DNA of 64,000 bases from Octopus vulgaris (GCA_951406725.2 OX597826.1:2356001-2420000); one strand, 5' to 3'. Counted from the first letter of the stretch, positions 26,869 through 40,170 are shown. Notes: a model not told the origin generated them from the sequence alone. Numbers and translations are program-made.

Positions 26869-27018
26869 TATATGGATATACATATATATGTATGGATATA
26901 CATATATATATGTGTGTGTGTGTATGTGTGTGTCTGTGGCAATAAATTTATATGCATGTGTATATGTATATCGATCTATCTAGCTATCTATATACATACT
27001 TACGTACACACACACCCA

Positions 27019-27057
<39 letters not shown>

Positions 27058-27240
27058 TCATAAATTGTATATGTCAATATTTATATATGTTTGTTTATAT
27101 TTGCACACATACAAACATGTATAAAGATTTATATATATATATATGAATGCATTGTTATCTGTATATGTATGTATATACATGCTTAAATAAATACATACAT
27201 AGATACATATACAGATATTTATATTTTTGCGTATAAGCGT
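25530..27240. repeat. Compound (TA)/(TG)/(CA)/(GA) microsatellite field
   Basis: Direct read, with short unique spacers. Confidence 0.9.
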
Positions 27241-28649
27241 GTTTGTTTTGTGCTGTGTGTATTTTACTTTTAATGGTAAACTCTTCAAAATTATTCCTCT
27301 AACGTAGGGGCAGATTTAGCTGTACGGAATATAAAACTACAAAAACAAAAAATAAAAGCGTAAAGAAAGGAAATTCCAAGCCTGATTTATTTCCTTACCG
27401 TTGTTGTGTTGAGGAAGAAAACATAAGCAAGATCGGTTGAAATTGATAAATGGCATTTAGAGGGCCATTGCTTGGAAATGACTCGTGTCAGTAATATTGA
27501 ATGTAAAGTTCTTTTGACGGCTTTTCTACTCCCCGATGGCAGTCTTTCCATATACATCCTGATTGCTGTTATGTATAGGTTGTCGAAAAATCATTGACGA
27601 TGTTTCTTGTCCCCGCTAGCGAAATTTACAAATATATTCTGACTCTTTATATTTGCACGACGTGTCGAAAAGTTAATTTATTAACTGAAATATCTGTGAT
27701 AAACGACCAAAGAAGTAAAAGGTAATTGTTGGAAAATAAATGTATAAGATAAGGTATTGTTCGCAAGTACGAAACTATTTAGAGTTCTTAAGCGTTGAGC
27801 TGTCAGCAATTTTGTATATATATTCTTCGTTCAGACAGAGTAATGACGGATGAGCTACCGTATATATTCCTTTGGGTGGTGGTGAGGGAACGTGATGACG
27901 GTGAGGAGAAGAAGATCAAAAGTAACGAAGGCTGTAAAACTAAAGATGGAACGAGAGAAAACAGAGGTGGAAGAGAGAGCGAGAGAGGAGAGACATAGAG
28001 AAACAGAGTGGGCGAGACGTGGGGTGATAGACTGGGGAGGACTGTTGGTTTTTACTTGACTAATAACATAAGTAGATTTCTTTGGACGATGCTTTAATAA
28101 AAATACGTGTCAGGTTTATATTATGAAAACAATAAAATGCGCATTTACTATTCTTTCTAATTATTTCTGTTTGTTTGTGACAACTTATGTGAAAGCCTTC
28201 CTGAAATATGATAAAGTCTTTGTTAACTGTAATTGGCAACGTATTTCAAATACCAAACTGTCCGGAGGGAAGTATAACGCTGCAATGACATAGCGTCTAT
28301 ATACGTACTTCCGTTTGAAACTGAAATATCCTCTGATGAAAGTGAGCAACACTTTCACTTATTTTATACTTTGTAGGAGATTCCTTAAGTGGCATCAAAA
28401 TCTGTATTGTGTTTAAAATCTCAGAAATTGTTTGGCTTATACGGGGAGGCAATAGAATTGTCTAAACAAATATTTACCATTCTTTCCTTTGCCTTTGTAC
28501 TTGCTACTGTTGCTGTGTAGTCCAAGGTCAGCTTTAATCAAGCAGATTTATGATTAAAGTCGTTTCACATTCCACCTTCATTTTAACAGACACTGTATTT
28601 AGGAACACAGTCTCTGATGTATCCATTGTTGTGTAATACGATTTGGTTT

Positions 28650-28930
28650 TATTTGGTACATGTTTAGCTGTTATTTTCTTGCTTCTTGAGCTAACGCATT
28701 GGAGCGCTCTCTCTCTCTCTCTCTTACGAGATTGGTGCAACACATATCAGTATTCGATTGAATGAATGGCGAAAGGCGTTGATCAGGAGTCATATTTCCA
28801 GTGAGTTTCCACCTGTACGTGGTTAGAAGTAATTCTATTTCATTTATATGATTGAAACCATTGAGAAATAACACAAAGCTCATTTATCAGTCAAAAGTAT
28901 GTTTGACACTTGCCAAACAGGTCGCTTCTA
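28650..28930. repeat. Unclassified dispersed repeat, copy 2
   Basis: See 24290-24540; minus-strand translations HINEIALLLTTY and HINEIELLLTTY. Confidence 0.75.
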
Positions 28931-29149
28931 AGCACTTAGAAATACCGGCTAAAATTTCCTCAAATCACATTGTAATGTCGTATGCAAGGGAAACACACTT
29001 TCCATAATGAAGTATTTCTCACCTCTAAAAGGAGTGTTTTGCTACGTTGAATGCAGTTCCATAAACAAACAATAGTAACAATTTACTAAGAATTCACTGA
29101 GAGATTGGAAGTACAGATAGGGTAAAGGTCCTTCTCGTATTCTACAGAA

Positions 29150-29372
29150 TCATGGGGTGGGTCTCCTGGTTTCTCTGGTGTATATATTACTTCACCTGGA
29201 CGGGACGCCTGTCAATCGCAGGATTACTCATTTTTGCCAGATGAGAGGTCTGGAGCAACGTGAAAATGAAGTGTTTAGCTTAAAAACACAACACGTCGCC
29301 CGGTCCAGGAATCGAAATCACAGTCTTCCGATCATGAGCCCAACACCCTTAACTACTAAGCCAAGCGCTCCT
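29150..29372 (-). mobile_element. SINE family D
   Basis: ctggacgggacgcc...tggagcaacgtgaaaatgaagtgttt...ccggtccaggaatcgaaa; homologous to 52064-52299. Confidence 0.85.
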
Positions 29373-29531
29373 ACCGATGACGCATAGAATACATCTGAAA
29401 ACGTAGTCTATCCGAATCTTTGGGATTTCACACACAACTGAGAAATTTTAGAGATGTGCGTCGAATAAATATTTATGTCTACTGAGAATAAAAACAACTG
29501 TAAAAAGAAGCAGCATTGTATGTTTGACTAG

Positions 29532-29865
29532 TCTTTTACTCTTTACTTGTTTCAGTCATTAGACTGCGGCCATGCTGGGGCACCGCCTTGAAGAATTCTT
29601 TGTCAAATGAATCGACACGTATTTATTTTTTCTAAAGTTTGATGCTTACTATCGACATCTTCTGCCGTAACGATACTGTAGGGGGACATAAACACACGAA
29701 TATCGGTTGTGAATCGGTGATGGGGGGGGGGGCACTCACACACCACCCCTATATCTATCTATCCATCCATCTATCTATACATAGGGGGATGTCATGCAGT
29801 GAGTCTGAATATGGGGTCATATGGTTGGGAAGCAAACTTCTTACCACAAAGCCACGCCAGCGCCT
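29532..29865 (-). mobile_element. SINE family A, degenerate
   Basis: cttttactctttacttgtttcagtcattagactgcggccatgctggggcaccgcc tail; head remnant ggttgggaagcaaacttcttaccac. Confidence 0.8.
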
Positions 29866-30179
29866 GCTTTCTTTTATTTTCCTCTTTAATGTTTTCTGTT
29901 GCAATATTTCTGCAAATGTGAACAAAAAGCGTTATTTAATACATTATTTCCCCCAAATGTCCCTTGATTTGGTAATCCAGCCAGGGCTGGCTACAATGAT
30001 AAAACTTAGATTAATTTCTCCGATAGTCTACCAACAGTAAAAAAACAAAAACAAAACAAAGCAAAAAGAAAGTTAGCAAGAAAAAATCAAACGCCAATAA
30101 AATATTGCGAAAGAGATGATAATATATATATATATGTATGTATGTATGAATCAATGTGTGTGCGTGTATGTGTGTATGA

Positions 30180-30225
<46 letters not shown>

Positions 30226-30444
30226 CTGTTGCAATTGTGTAGCATGATATCAACGTCTGATGGCGTAGATCTGTGATCAAAGACATTGCAGCCTTGAAAG
30301 TTTGGACTTTTAGGAGTAGCTCGGATGAAATCCGTGTTTTTAAAAGACGGTATGCTATGGTTAACAGGTTATTTGATTGCTATTTCAACGAATTCCAAAG
30401 AGGAAGTAAAAGCAATGAAATTCGGTGACTTCTACTACCCCAGC

Positions 30445-30712
<268 letters not shown>

Positions 30713-30737
30713 ATAATTATAATAAAAGAAATAGTTG

Positions 30738-30962
30738 TTTATACCTTCGGCACAAGGTCTGAAAATCTTAAAATTATTTAGAGGAGGTGAGGGTTAGTCG
30801 AGTACATCAGGCCTAGTGTTCAACTGGTTCTCATTTCATCGGCCCCGGAGGAATAAAACACGAAGTCAGTCTTAGTAGAGTTGAAATCAGGATATGCACG
30901 GAGACGATATGCCGCCAAGTAAATTTAACCCTGTTGTAACGATTCTTCTGACTCGATGTCTC
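30738..30962 (-). mobile_element. SINE family B, old copy
   Basis: ggcacaaggtctgaaaat...gttagtcgagtacatc...caactggttctcatttcatcggccccgga. Confidence 0.65.
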
Positions 30963-30989
30963 GTACAACAACAATAACCCTTAAAACAT

Positions 30990-31230
30990 TTGTTGTTATT
31001 CGATAGTTTTAATTGATTCCGTCCTTTCACTGCTCTACGGCTTGCAGTTCTGCGTGCGTTGGGAAGGCGCAGTGTTTAGTTAATTTTACTGTGTCGAAAG
31101 TGTTTATGTGTGCAATCCCTAGCAGTGTAATTTTCCCTATGTTATCCATATTTGTCAGACCTGGAAGTGTGATTGTGTGTTTCTTTTTAACCATTCCCGA
31201 AATAGCTAATTGTGATAGGGATTGTTTCGG
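30990..31230 (-). mobile_element. Dong/R4 subfamily 1 3' end, old copy
   Basis: Minus strand reads MVKKKHTITLPGLTNMDNIGKITLLGIAHI, then a 3' UTR ending aattaaaactatcgaataacaac. Confidence 0.75.
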
Positions 31231-31304
31231 GAAAGAGAGGCAGTCGGATGTTGGTATGGACTACGTTTCAATGGCCAGTATATATCTATATCTATATGTA
31301 AAAC

Positions 31305-32140
31305 ATAATTAAAGGAAGGGATCATTAGAATTAATGAATTTTATTAGTAGCCAGCATATAAAAAAAACAAAACCTTTGAGGTAAAATACATTTACAGGGA
31401 TATATAATTATATAGGTTATATTAAGGGCACAAAGGTACAAAGAAACTACCATGCCTATATGCTGAAAGAAGACGCCGAATACGTTCTACCACTTCAAAT
31501 ATTCACTCCACATATATTTTACACAGATTGAAAGCGGGAAAGCAGACTGACTAAAAATTCATTAAATAATTCAGATAGTTTCGTATTGATCAAGTGGCAG
31601 GAAGTAATCGGCATCTTCTTTCAGCATATACGCATGATAGCTTTTGTGCCTTGAATTATAACTGTACCCTATACGGTTCTATACCTATATAAATATATTT
31701 TATCTTAAGGTTTTTTTTTATATGCTGGCCACAGATAAAATTTCTTAATTCATTGGTTTTATCCTTTAGTTATGTTTTAAATATGGCCCATTCACTAACC
31801 CATTCACTTCGGGTCAGTTTATTTACCTCTGTACTACTCTCACCAAATACACACGTGTTGAGGTGGACTGCGAATTTCGATGCGTATATATTTGTGAATA
31901 TTTATGCATGTGCTTTCCTGTGGGTATGTATAGGTAGTTTCATTTATTTCGCTCAGTGTGTTTTGCTGATGAAGGAAAAGTTATCAAACTAATCCAGAAA
32001 TTGATCAATCCTAAACTATCTGAATTATTTAATGAATTTTTTGTCAGCCTGCTTTCCCGCTTCGACCTGTGTAAAATATATGTGGAGTGAATATTTGAAG
32101 TGGTAGGACGTATTCGGCGTTTTCTTTCAGTGTATAGGCC
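31305..32140. mobile_element. Rearranged PLE-like terminal repeat: three fragments in -,+,+ orientation
   Basis: 31328-31500 is inverted relative to 31593-31752; 31455-31592 is inverted relative to 32001-32140; contains a hammerhead. Confidence 0.7.
31960..32016 (+). ncRNA. Type-I hammerhead ribozyme motif, intact core
   Basis: Stem I GTTTTG/CTAAAC; CTGATGA (31966-31972); stem II GGA..AGTT/AACT..TCC; GAAA (31997-32000); palindromic stem III TTGATCAA; TC, predicted cut after 32010. Confidence 0.75.
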
Positions 32141-33088
32141 TGACAAATGTTGTGCTCTTAAGTAAAATCGTACCAAATACAATTATATATCTCTTTAACT
32201 ATATGTATTTGTGTGGGTTTGGGTTATGTTGGATATTGTAAACATTTGTATTGCATCGTTTATACGTTGTACATATAAAGAACTCTTTCAATTTCTCAAA
32301 GTATTTTTTAAAGCTGTTATCTTAGTACTCCCACACAATTGGACGTCTGACAAAATGTTTAACGGCATTTTTCTGGATCTAGTTGTAATAGTAGTACTAA
32401 TCGTCATAACATTAGCAGTAATAACAGCAACACCAGAAATTGTATAACTGGTAGTAGTAGTAGTAGCAGCAGCAGTAGCAACTGCAGGACTTTAGCTTAG
32501 GTAGCGATCATAGGAATGCCATCCGCTGTTCATAAGCTGCAGTAGAATTACAGGTATTGACATTGATAATTTCGTAGATAGATGTATGTTCACGGATCAA
32601 ATAACGTAAGTGTTGGTGTTGTTTTTAGGGATGATGGAGAATGTGTAGATGGTGTGATGGTTACCATACACGGTATGGGTATTGGTATTCTTATAGGAAA
32701 GAGTGTACTTGGTGATTCATGAAGTTTCCATGGGCACAACGCTGCTGTTTCTTTCTTAATAACTTTGAAAGGCATTTGCACTTACAGAGGTATGTGTTAA
32801 GATGTAAGAAGACCATTTACGGTATATTTAAATCATTACGTTATATAATTAGGGTTCAGTAAAAAAATTTACTTTACCACACACCGAACTTTTAGAAATA
32901 GCAGCCCAAAAATTTTAGCTATTTCCTCTACTATAAGAAAAGTCTCCCAGACAATGTATGCTCAAAAATAATTCACGTAGGTATAGGGGAAAAATAACGA
33001 AAGATCACACGTACATCGATTACTTGAGAAATTTTATATAGATATGAATATATATATATAGAGAGAGAAATAAATATATATATATATA

Positions 33089-33135
<47 letters not shown>

Positions 33136-33658
33136 AGGCTCATTTATTGTTACATATATGCATATGTATGCATGCGTGAAACTATCGATTACAACAAGGG
33201 ATAAATTTATTCGTCATCAGTGATCGATCTAATAGTGGAATTGAAGGAAGAGAAATAAGGAAGGCAATGAAGAAAGTCATCCGACATTTTGACTGTGAAG
33301 CGCAACGACTGATAATGGAAGAAATGTCCAGTTGTCATCAGTGTTCAAATTGATGACAAAACGGCTACAATGATGAAGATGAAGCTAATGAAAATACTGG
33401 GAAAACATGCGGGGAGACATATAACCTCCATTAAAGATAGTTAAATCTGATGAAAAATCAGAAGTGAGATAGGTGACCTTAAATAGGTTTTAAAGACTTC
33501 AGCAGCAAGTTGGCATATGAAAGAATTCAGGATGAGCAATCTATGGAGATAAAGAAGCAAATGTTCATTAGCATTCTACTTATTAGTTTGGTCTCTTATC
33601 AGTGTTGAATGATTATTTGAATGCCGCTAAAACGGCTCGAAATTGTGTGTGCGTTTGT

Positions 33659-33733
<75 letters not shown>

Positions 33734-34681
33734 TAAACAACAAGGATATACAGAGGTAATGGAGTACGATCGGTTCATGTAACTCCATTTAATTGAACAA
33801 TGCAATCACAAGAGCAATTTAAAATGCAGGGCAATCTTCAGCTACACAAAGACAGAGAATTTAATTAAATTAGAACAGATGGACATATCAGTATAAGCAT
33901 ACCTAAGATCTCTAAGAAGTTAAGGAAATAGACAAAGAAAATGCTGTCCCAACTCAAGTTTAGACTTATGACTTAGAAGTTATGTACGTATATATATATA
34001 TGTATTTATATATATATATATATATATATATTGTTGAATGTACAAACTATACACACGCACTCACATATATTAATATGTATATATGTATATATATTGTTTA
34101 ATGTACACACTATACATATACGAACTGCTAATAGTTTCATACCTTTAGCAGATGGCCGATAGAAGTTACAGATCAGGACAATTGAAGAAGAGAAATCCCG
34201 AGAAAATACGACAGGAATGTTGATGCAAAATGTGGAACGGGCAAGCAAATGGAGAAAAAGGAAAGAAAAAATAGTAAGTATTAGAGTTATGTCCCTTTTC
34301 ATTGTTATGAGACAAAACTAGTTGATGTAGAATCAACGGAAGGCACTCATACAGGTTGCAAACATATGGGGAAGTGTGTGTGTGTGTGTTTGCCTCCAGT
34401 GAAAAACCCAGTGTCCCGAAGGGAATCCAACGTTCAGTGAGCCGTGATAAATTGACAGTGACCACATAGGCAGCACCCCCAATCGTTTCCTCCCGTTTCA
34501 TGGCACATCAGGTGCAGTATTAGGGTCGAAATTCTATTCCATAATCCTTTATAGCATGATGGAACACACAACGCAAAATTGGAGCCAAATAATGGTAAAT
34601 TAAATAGTAAAAATTCTTACCTATGTTCAGATATGAAATTGCAGCAGCGTGTTTGAGTAATAAGCATTAAAAAAATTTTTA

Positions 34682-34982
34682 TGCGCCCTATTCAAGCCTA
34701 GCCGGGCCCATGGGCCCGGTTTCTATAGCGTATGTGTTCCCCCACCCGCAGCTGGACGGGACGCCAGACCATCGCAGTGTTACTCAAGAAATAGGAAGGA
34801 AGAGTGAGAGAAAGTTGGGGCGAAAGAGTACAACAGGGGTCGCCACCACTCCCTGCATGAGCCTCGTGGAGCTTTTTGGTGTTTTCGCTCTATAAACACA
34901 CACAACCCCCATCTGGGAATCGAAACCGCGAACCTCCGACAGCGAGTCCGCTGCCCTAACCACTAGGCCATTGCGCCTCCAC
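34682..34982 (-). mobile_element. SINE family C head and body with family-D-type tail
   Basis: Reverse complement gtggaggcgcaatggcctagtggttagggcagcggactc...ggtttcgattccc; tail gcgatggtctggcgtcccgtccag...ggctaggcttgaa. Confidence 0.9.
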
Positions 34983-35005
34983 GTAATAAGCATTAGCAAC
35001 CATTA

Positions 35006-35334
35006 ATACTGAACGCACAGCGACTGTGTATTTGCCGGTAGGCTGCGAAATGAGGCGGCGGAGAAGACTCTTTCAAAGCACCGGGTGTTAAAATGCCTGA
35101 AGGCCATGGGCAGGTGTGATAACTCATCTCTAATCCCATCCAGGAGTGATGGCCAATTATTTGTCACCATTTTTGTGACTTTTGAACATCACGTACCCAA
35201 ACAGGATCGGATATGAATCATTTCGCCTTTCTATGGCTTTGAAGTGCTTTAAAACTCGGCGCTTTGAGAGAGTATTCTCCATCACGCCATTTCGCAGCCT
35301 ACCGACAAATGCACGGCGCAGATACGTTAAGTAT
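35006..35334. repeat. Diverged ~100-bp inverted repeat, MITE- or fold-back-like (35006-35107 / 35233-35334)
   Basis: atttgccggtaggctgcgaaatg...ggagaagactctttcaaagc vs gctttgagagagtattctcc...catttcgcagcctaccgacaaat. Confidence 0.85.
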
Positions 35335-36578
35335 CTGTGGTTGATAATATTTGTTTCACTAACACGGCTTCTATTTCATATTTGGTTTTATTCTTACGTA
35401 TGTATTGTCCAGTCATAGGCGCACAGAGTTTCAACGCTATATGTATATAATTTGTGGATTGGCGAAATGTTTTATCTCCCGATCCTGTTTGTGTACATGA
35501 TGTTGATAAGCCACATAAATGACGAAGCAGCGATATCCATACATTCACGTACGCACACACAAACGGAAGCACGCACACACACACATATACATGCATATAC
35601 ACATCCACACGCAGACATGTACGCACACACATACACATTTAGAAGTACGTAACCGTCATAGTATGTCCCGAAATTTCGATATAAATTCCATAAAGGAAGA
35701 ATAGGAAAAGAACAATCCTGATATGTGAAAGTCGAAGGCTCGGAGTGGTTCTTTGGCTGCCCCACCACCACCACATAGGCAACTAAAACAGTAAGCGAAT
35801 GCATGGTATATGTTACCGAATCATATCCGCTCTACAACGACGCCTGTGTTTGTACCAATTGCCGATGGTGATTTAGAATGGCATAATAGATGCAATTTAT
35901 GTGCAAAATAGACGCATAACTAATTAAAAATCAAAAAAAAAAAAGAACCAACGTATTTCGACTAAACAAGTAAACTTCGCTCAGACTGTTCTACAGCTAA
36001 TAACGATGTTCTGAATTGCTTTCAAAGCTGAAATACTTTCCCAAAATATCAAAACAATAAAGAAATATAAATGTAAACTTACCGAGATAATAGAAATAAT
36101 GGGATTATTTTTATACCTAATTATTCGTTAATTTCCGTATATGAGAGGGACACTAAAAATGTTTGTGCGATGCGTTTTGCATTTCCTCTCAGCTGAAATC
36201 TGTGTCGCAGTCAAAATTAATTTCATAATAAATTTGATTCTACTCTTCCAGTTCAGCTCCCGCCGTCAGTAAAGGTTTGGTTTTTATTCTAAAAATTCTT
36301 GAAATTCTTTGAAAATAACAATCCCTATTCTTATTTCTGTCGATCTGTGTGTCTGATTGTTTCTCGATTTCGTATCTCTCTCTCCCTCTCCTCCCCATTC
36401 CACATGCCTCTCTCTCTCACTCTCTTCTCCCATGTCCCTCTTTCTCTCACTCACTCTCTGTATACTCACACACACATACATGTATATATAGTATTATCAT
36501 TTATTCATGTATGTATATGTGTGTGTGTGTATACATGAAAATATGAGACGAAGGGACGAAAAGTTCTCGAATGTCAGT

Positions 36579-36621
<43 letters not shown>

Positions 36622-36943
36622 AGTACACGCATAGGCATGCTAACACACACACACACACAAACACACACGCAAGCACATACACACACAAACACGTAGACAC
36701 ATATTTACATGAACATGTGTGTACATATAAACATTTTAACACATGCATATAAAGGAAGAAATGTTTTTATAATCACATACAATGAAGCTGAGATAATGTT
36801 ATAAATGCACCCGTTCCTGCAAACACATCCATCCATCCATCCATAACATGCATACATGCGTTTTCGTCCTCTGCTACCCAAGAACACATATTCCATGTGT
36901 GTGTGTATATCTATATCTATATTTATATTTATATATGCATATG

Positions 36944-37163
36944 TACTCTTATACTTGTTTCAGTCATTTGACTGTGGCCATGCTAAAGTATCGCTTGTAG
37001 TCGATCAAATCGACCCCAGGACTTGTTCTTTGTAAGCCTAGTACTTATTCCATCGCTCACTTTGCCGAACTGCTAAGTTACGGGGGCGTAAACACACCAG
37101 CATCCGTTGTCAAGCGATGTTGGGGGGAAAACACAGACACACAAACACATACAGACACATACA

Positions 37164-37180
<17 letters not shown>
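36944..37180 (-). mobile_element. SINE family A, 3' half
   Basis: acttgtttcagtcatttgactgtggccatgct...gtaaacacaccagcatccgttgtcaagcgatgttgggggg. Confidence 0.88.
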
Positions 37181-37234
<54 letters not shown>

Positions 37235-37289
37235 ATAAACAAAATATATAATTTATGTATATAATATACATATGTATATATCTATATAA

Positions 37290-37327
<38 letters not shown>

Positions 37328-37912
37328 GATTATACTGTTGCTATTCAAAGTCGTTTATCACATGCCAGTGACATATATCGCCATAAGTGCGTTACAGAAT
37401 AGTTTTCAAGTAGACTACTCTGAAGTCTATACCATTAAATCGTCTGCAGTTTCCCATTTATTCAGATAAACCGGAACGTTAAACTAAATGAGACTGCTCA
37501 CTGCATATTCGCCCTGTGTATACAACAAGATGGAGGTTAATGGTGTAATTTGGTATGAATATCAATGAAAGATAAACATTAACGTTGAGCTAATCCAATT
37601 CCGATGTATTCTCAGAAAACCTTCTACTATCAAATAGACTAAATGCTGTGCAATATAATGTATCTCTGTACTTGGTGATTTTCATTTTATTCGGTCAAGA
37701 TTAGCGAAGTTATCTCCCATGTCATCGTCGTTGCAGATACCTGTGATAAAGCTTTTATGCCTTAAATATTGCCTTGTTATGTATGTCCATTTGATTGATT
37801 CATTTAGTTATGTATTATTTATACTTAATTATTACCCCATTGCCCGCAGAAAAACAACATTGGCGTTATTTCAATTCACTTAGTTAAACAGGGTTCAATT
37901 TGAAAGTATGCT

Positions 37913-37943
<31 letters not shown>

Positions 37944-38006
37944 GGAATACAGAAATAAATTATATATATAACGAAAATATACGCAAAAAATGCTCAATGT
38001 ATATAT

Positions 38007-38150
38007 AGGGCGCAGTCTTGACGAAGCGGGAAGAAGTTTGCTCTATAGTCCGCGGCACATTGGACAACTATTTTCTACTATAGTTTCGGCCAGACAAAAG
38101 CCTTGTGAGTTGAAGTGGTAGACGGGAGCTGATAAAATCGGTTGTATAAA
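38007..38150 (+). mobile_element. SINE family A, 5' half, degenerate
   Basis: ttctactatagtttcggccagacaaaagccttgtgagttgaagtggtagacggg. Confidence 0.7.
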
Positions 38151-38364
38151 TATATATAGGTGTATGCAAAAGTAGGCATATAGTAAATATCACATCAATG
38201 TTATAATAATTAATTTACCAAAATATAAGCGCATCGGATTAGTTAGCCTCATTTTTGATATTTTCAGTGTTACTAATCATAATAATACATTAATCATAAC
38301 TATAATACTATTTTTGTTGTGGGCAGTCATCTAAAAGTTTTGTTCGTCATGATGCTGACATACG

Positions 38365-38463
38365 TTCCTTGTCTTTCCTGATGAGAAGACGGCATAATGC
38401 ACCCTTTATTCCTTCGGAATTAGGAATATGCAGTCTTCGAAACATATGTCAAGAATAAAGGAA
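38365..38463 (+). ncRNA. Type-I hammerhead ribozyme motif, intact core, long stem II
   Basis: CTGATGA (38378-38384); stem II GAAGAC-g-GCATA / TATGC-a-GTCTTC; GAAA (38439-38442); palindromic CATATG; TC, predicted cut after 38450; imperfect stem I with distal TTCCTT/AAGGAA. Confidence 0.75.
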
Positions 38464-38496
38464 TTTTGTTAAATCGCCGTTCGACTCCATTCTTTC

Positions 38497-38765
<269 letters not shown>

Positions 38766-39291
38766 ATTCGGTTATATATGATTTGGATACCGTGCAATGT
38801 CAAGATCCGCTGGCTCCTAACAGAGCCTGTGTCGTCAGGCTTATCGAATATATCCGAGAAAACGGAGGGATATAGGAAGTCCAATATAGCTATCGGGAGA
38901 TGGGCGACAATAGTTCAAGGAGGGTCAAATGGTGCCACACTGGATGGTATTGTTTGGTAAGCGACTGCAGTTCCACGAGAAAAGAGGGTTTCTTTGACCT
39001 CGTGTTTTGGCAGGAAACGAGTGCCCACAGTGCGTCATGTGATCAGTTATCAGTGGGGCTTGTGAGCATACGGTCGCGAGTGCGCGCGTATATACGTGTG
39101 TGTGTGTGTGCGCGTATGTTTGTGTATGTGTAAGTTTGTATGCCCCTGTGCGCGCGTGTATATATATACTTATATATTTATACGCGTATGCTTTCACTCC
39201 CTTTCTCACTCACTCACACACGCGCACACACTTACACACGAACACTTACACACACACGTATACATACATAGAAACATATATGAGTGTAGGT

Positions 39292-39327
<36 letters not shown>

Positions 39328-39395
39328 TCAATATAGGGTGGCAAAACAAATTTTGTAGAATTTTTTTGCCACCAGCGGCCATTTATAAGTTCAAC

Positions 39396-39606
39396 ATCAC
39401 AATCAAGGAACGGCCATAATAGGCCATTCACCCACTAGAAATAACAGCCAAAGCTTTAACCGCAAAATAACATTAATTCCGTAAACCAGGAGAAAATTAA
39501 AAAAATTTTCTCCTGGTTTACGGAATTAATGTTATTTTGCAGTTAAAGCTTTGGCTGTTATTTCTAGTGGGTGAATGGCCTATTATGGCCGTTCCTTGAT
39601 TGTGAT
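39396..39606. repeat. Near-perfect 103-bp hairpin (39396-39498 / 39504-39606), 5-nt loop
   Basis: Arms are reverse complements with a single mismatch; the element lies between two (TA)n tracts. Confidence 0.97.
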
Positions 39607-40170
39607 ATATATATATATATATATATATATAGGAACCTACACTAACATGTACACTCACACAACATCCACCAAGTCGAACATCTAAATAGGAAGATGGCTA
39701 TATGAAAACATATTTGGAAGCGCAGAAATCCAGATAGAGACAACGTTAACTAATATAAAAACCTAGAAAAGAGTACGGTTAATATCCATAAAATAAGGTT
39801 ACGTAACATTTAAAAAATGAACCTGGAAAGCGAGGCTTTGGGCAGGTTTTAGAGAAAATAATAATCAAAAAAACTAAGCCGTAGAGAAATAAAAAATAAC
39901 AAAAACATACGATTTATGTTTAAAAAAAAACACAACTTGAACATTGCATTTTATTTTTGAAAGCAATAAATTCTTTAGAGAACCGTTTAGAGTGAAAGAC
40001 ATTTCTAGAAGCGGGAACGCAAACGTCAATGCACATTCATACACAAGCATATATAATATATATACATATATACATACATATATATATGTGTATATATATA
40101 TATATATATATGTGTATATATATATATATATACATACATACATAGATACATAGATACATATATATATATT

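Noticed and set aside
28332-28362. CTGATGA plus AAGTGA/TCACTT hairpin (similar cases at 1615 and 38832 on minus)
   Set aside because: Missing GAAA or stem II pairing, so not scored as hammerheads
33480-33980. Possible CR1/L2-like LINE remnant on the minus strand
   Set aside because: Only vague peptide similarity (LEILGMLI, FKTYL); too degenerate to support
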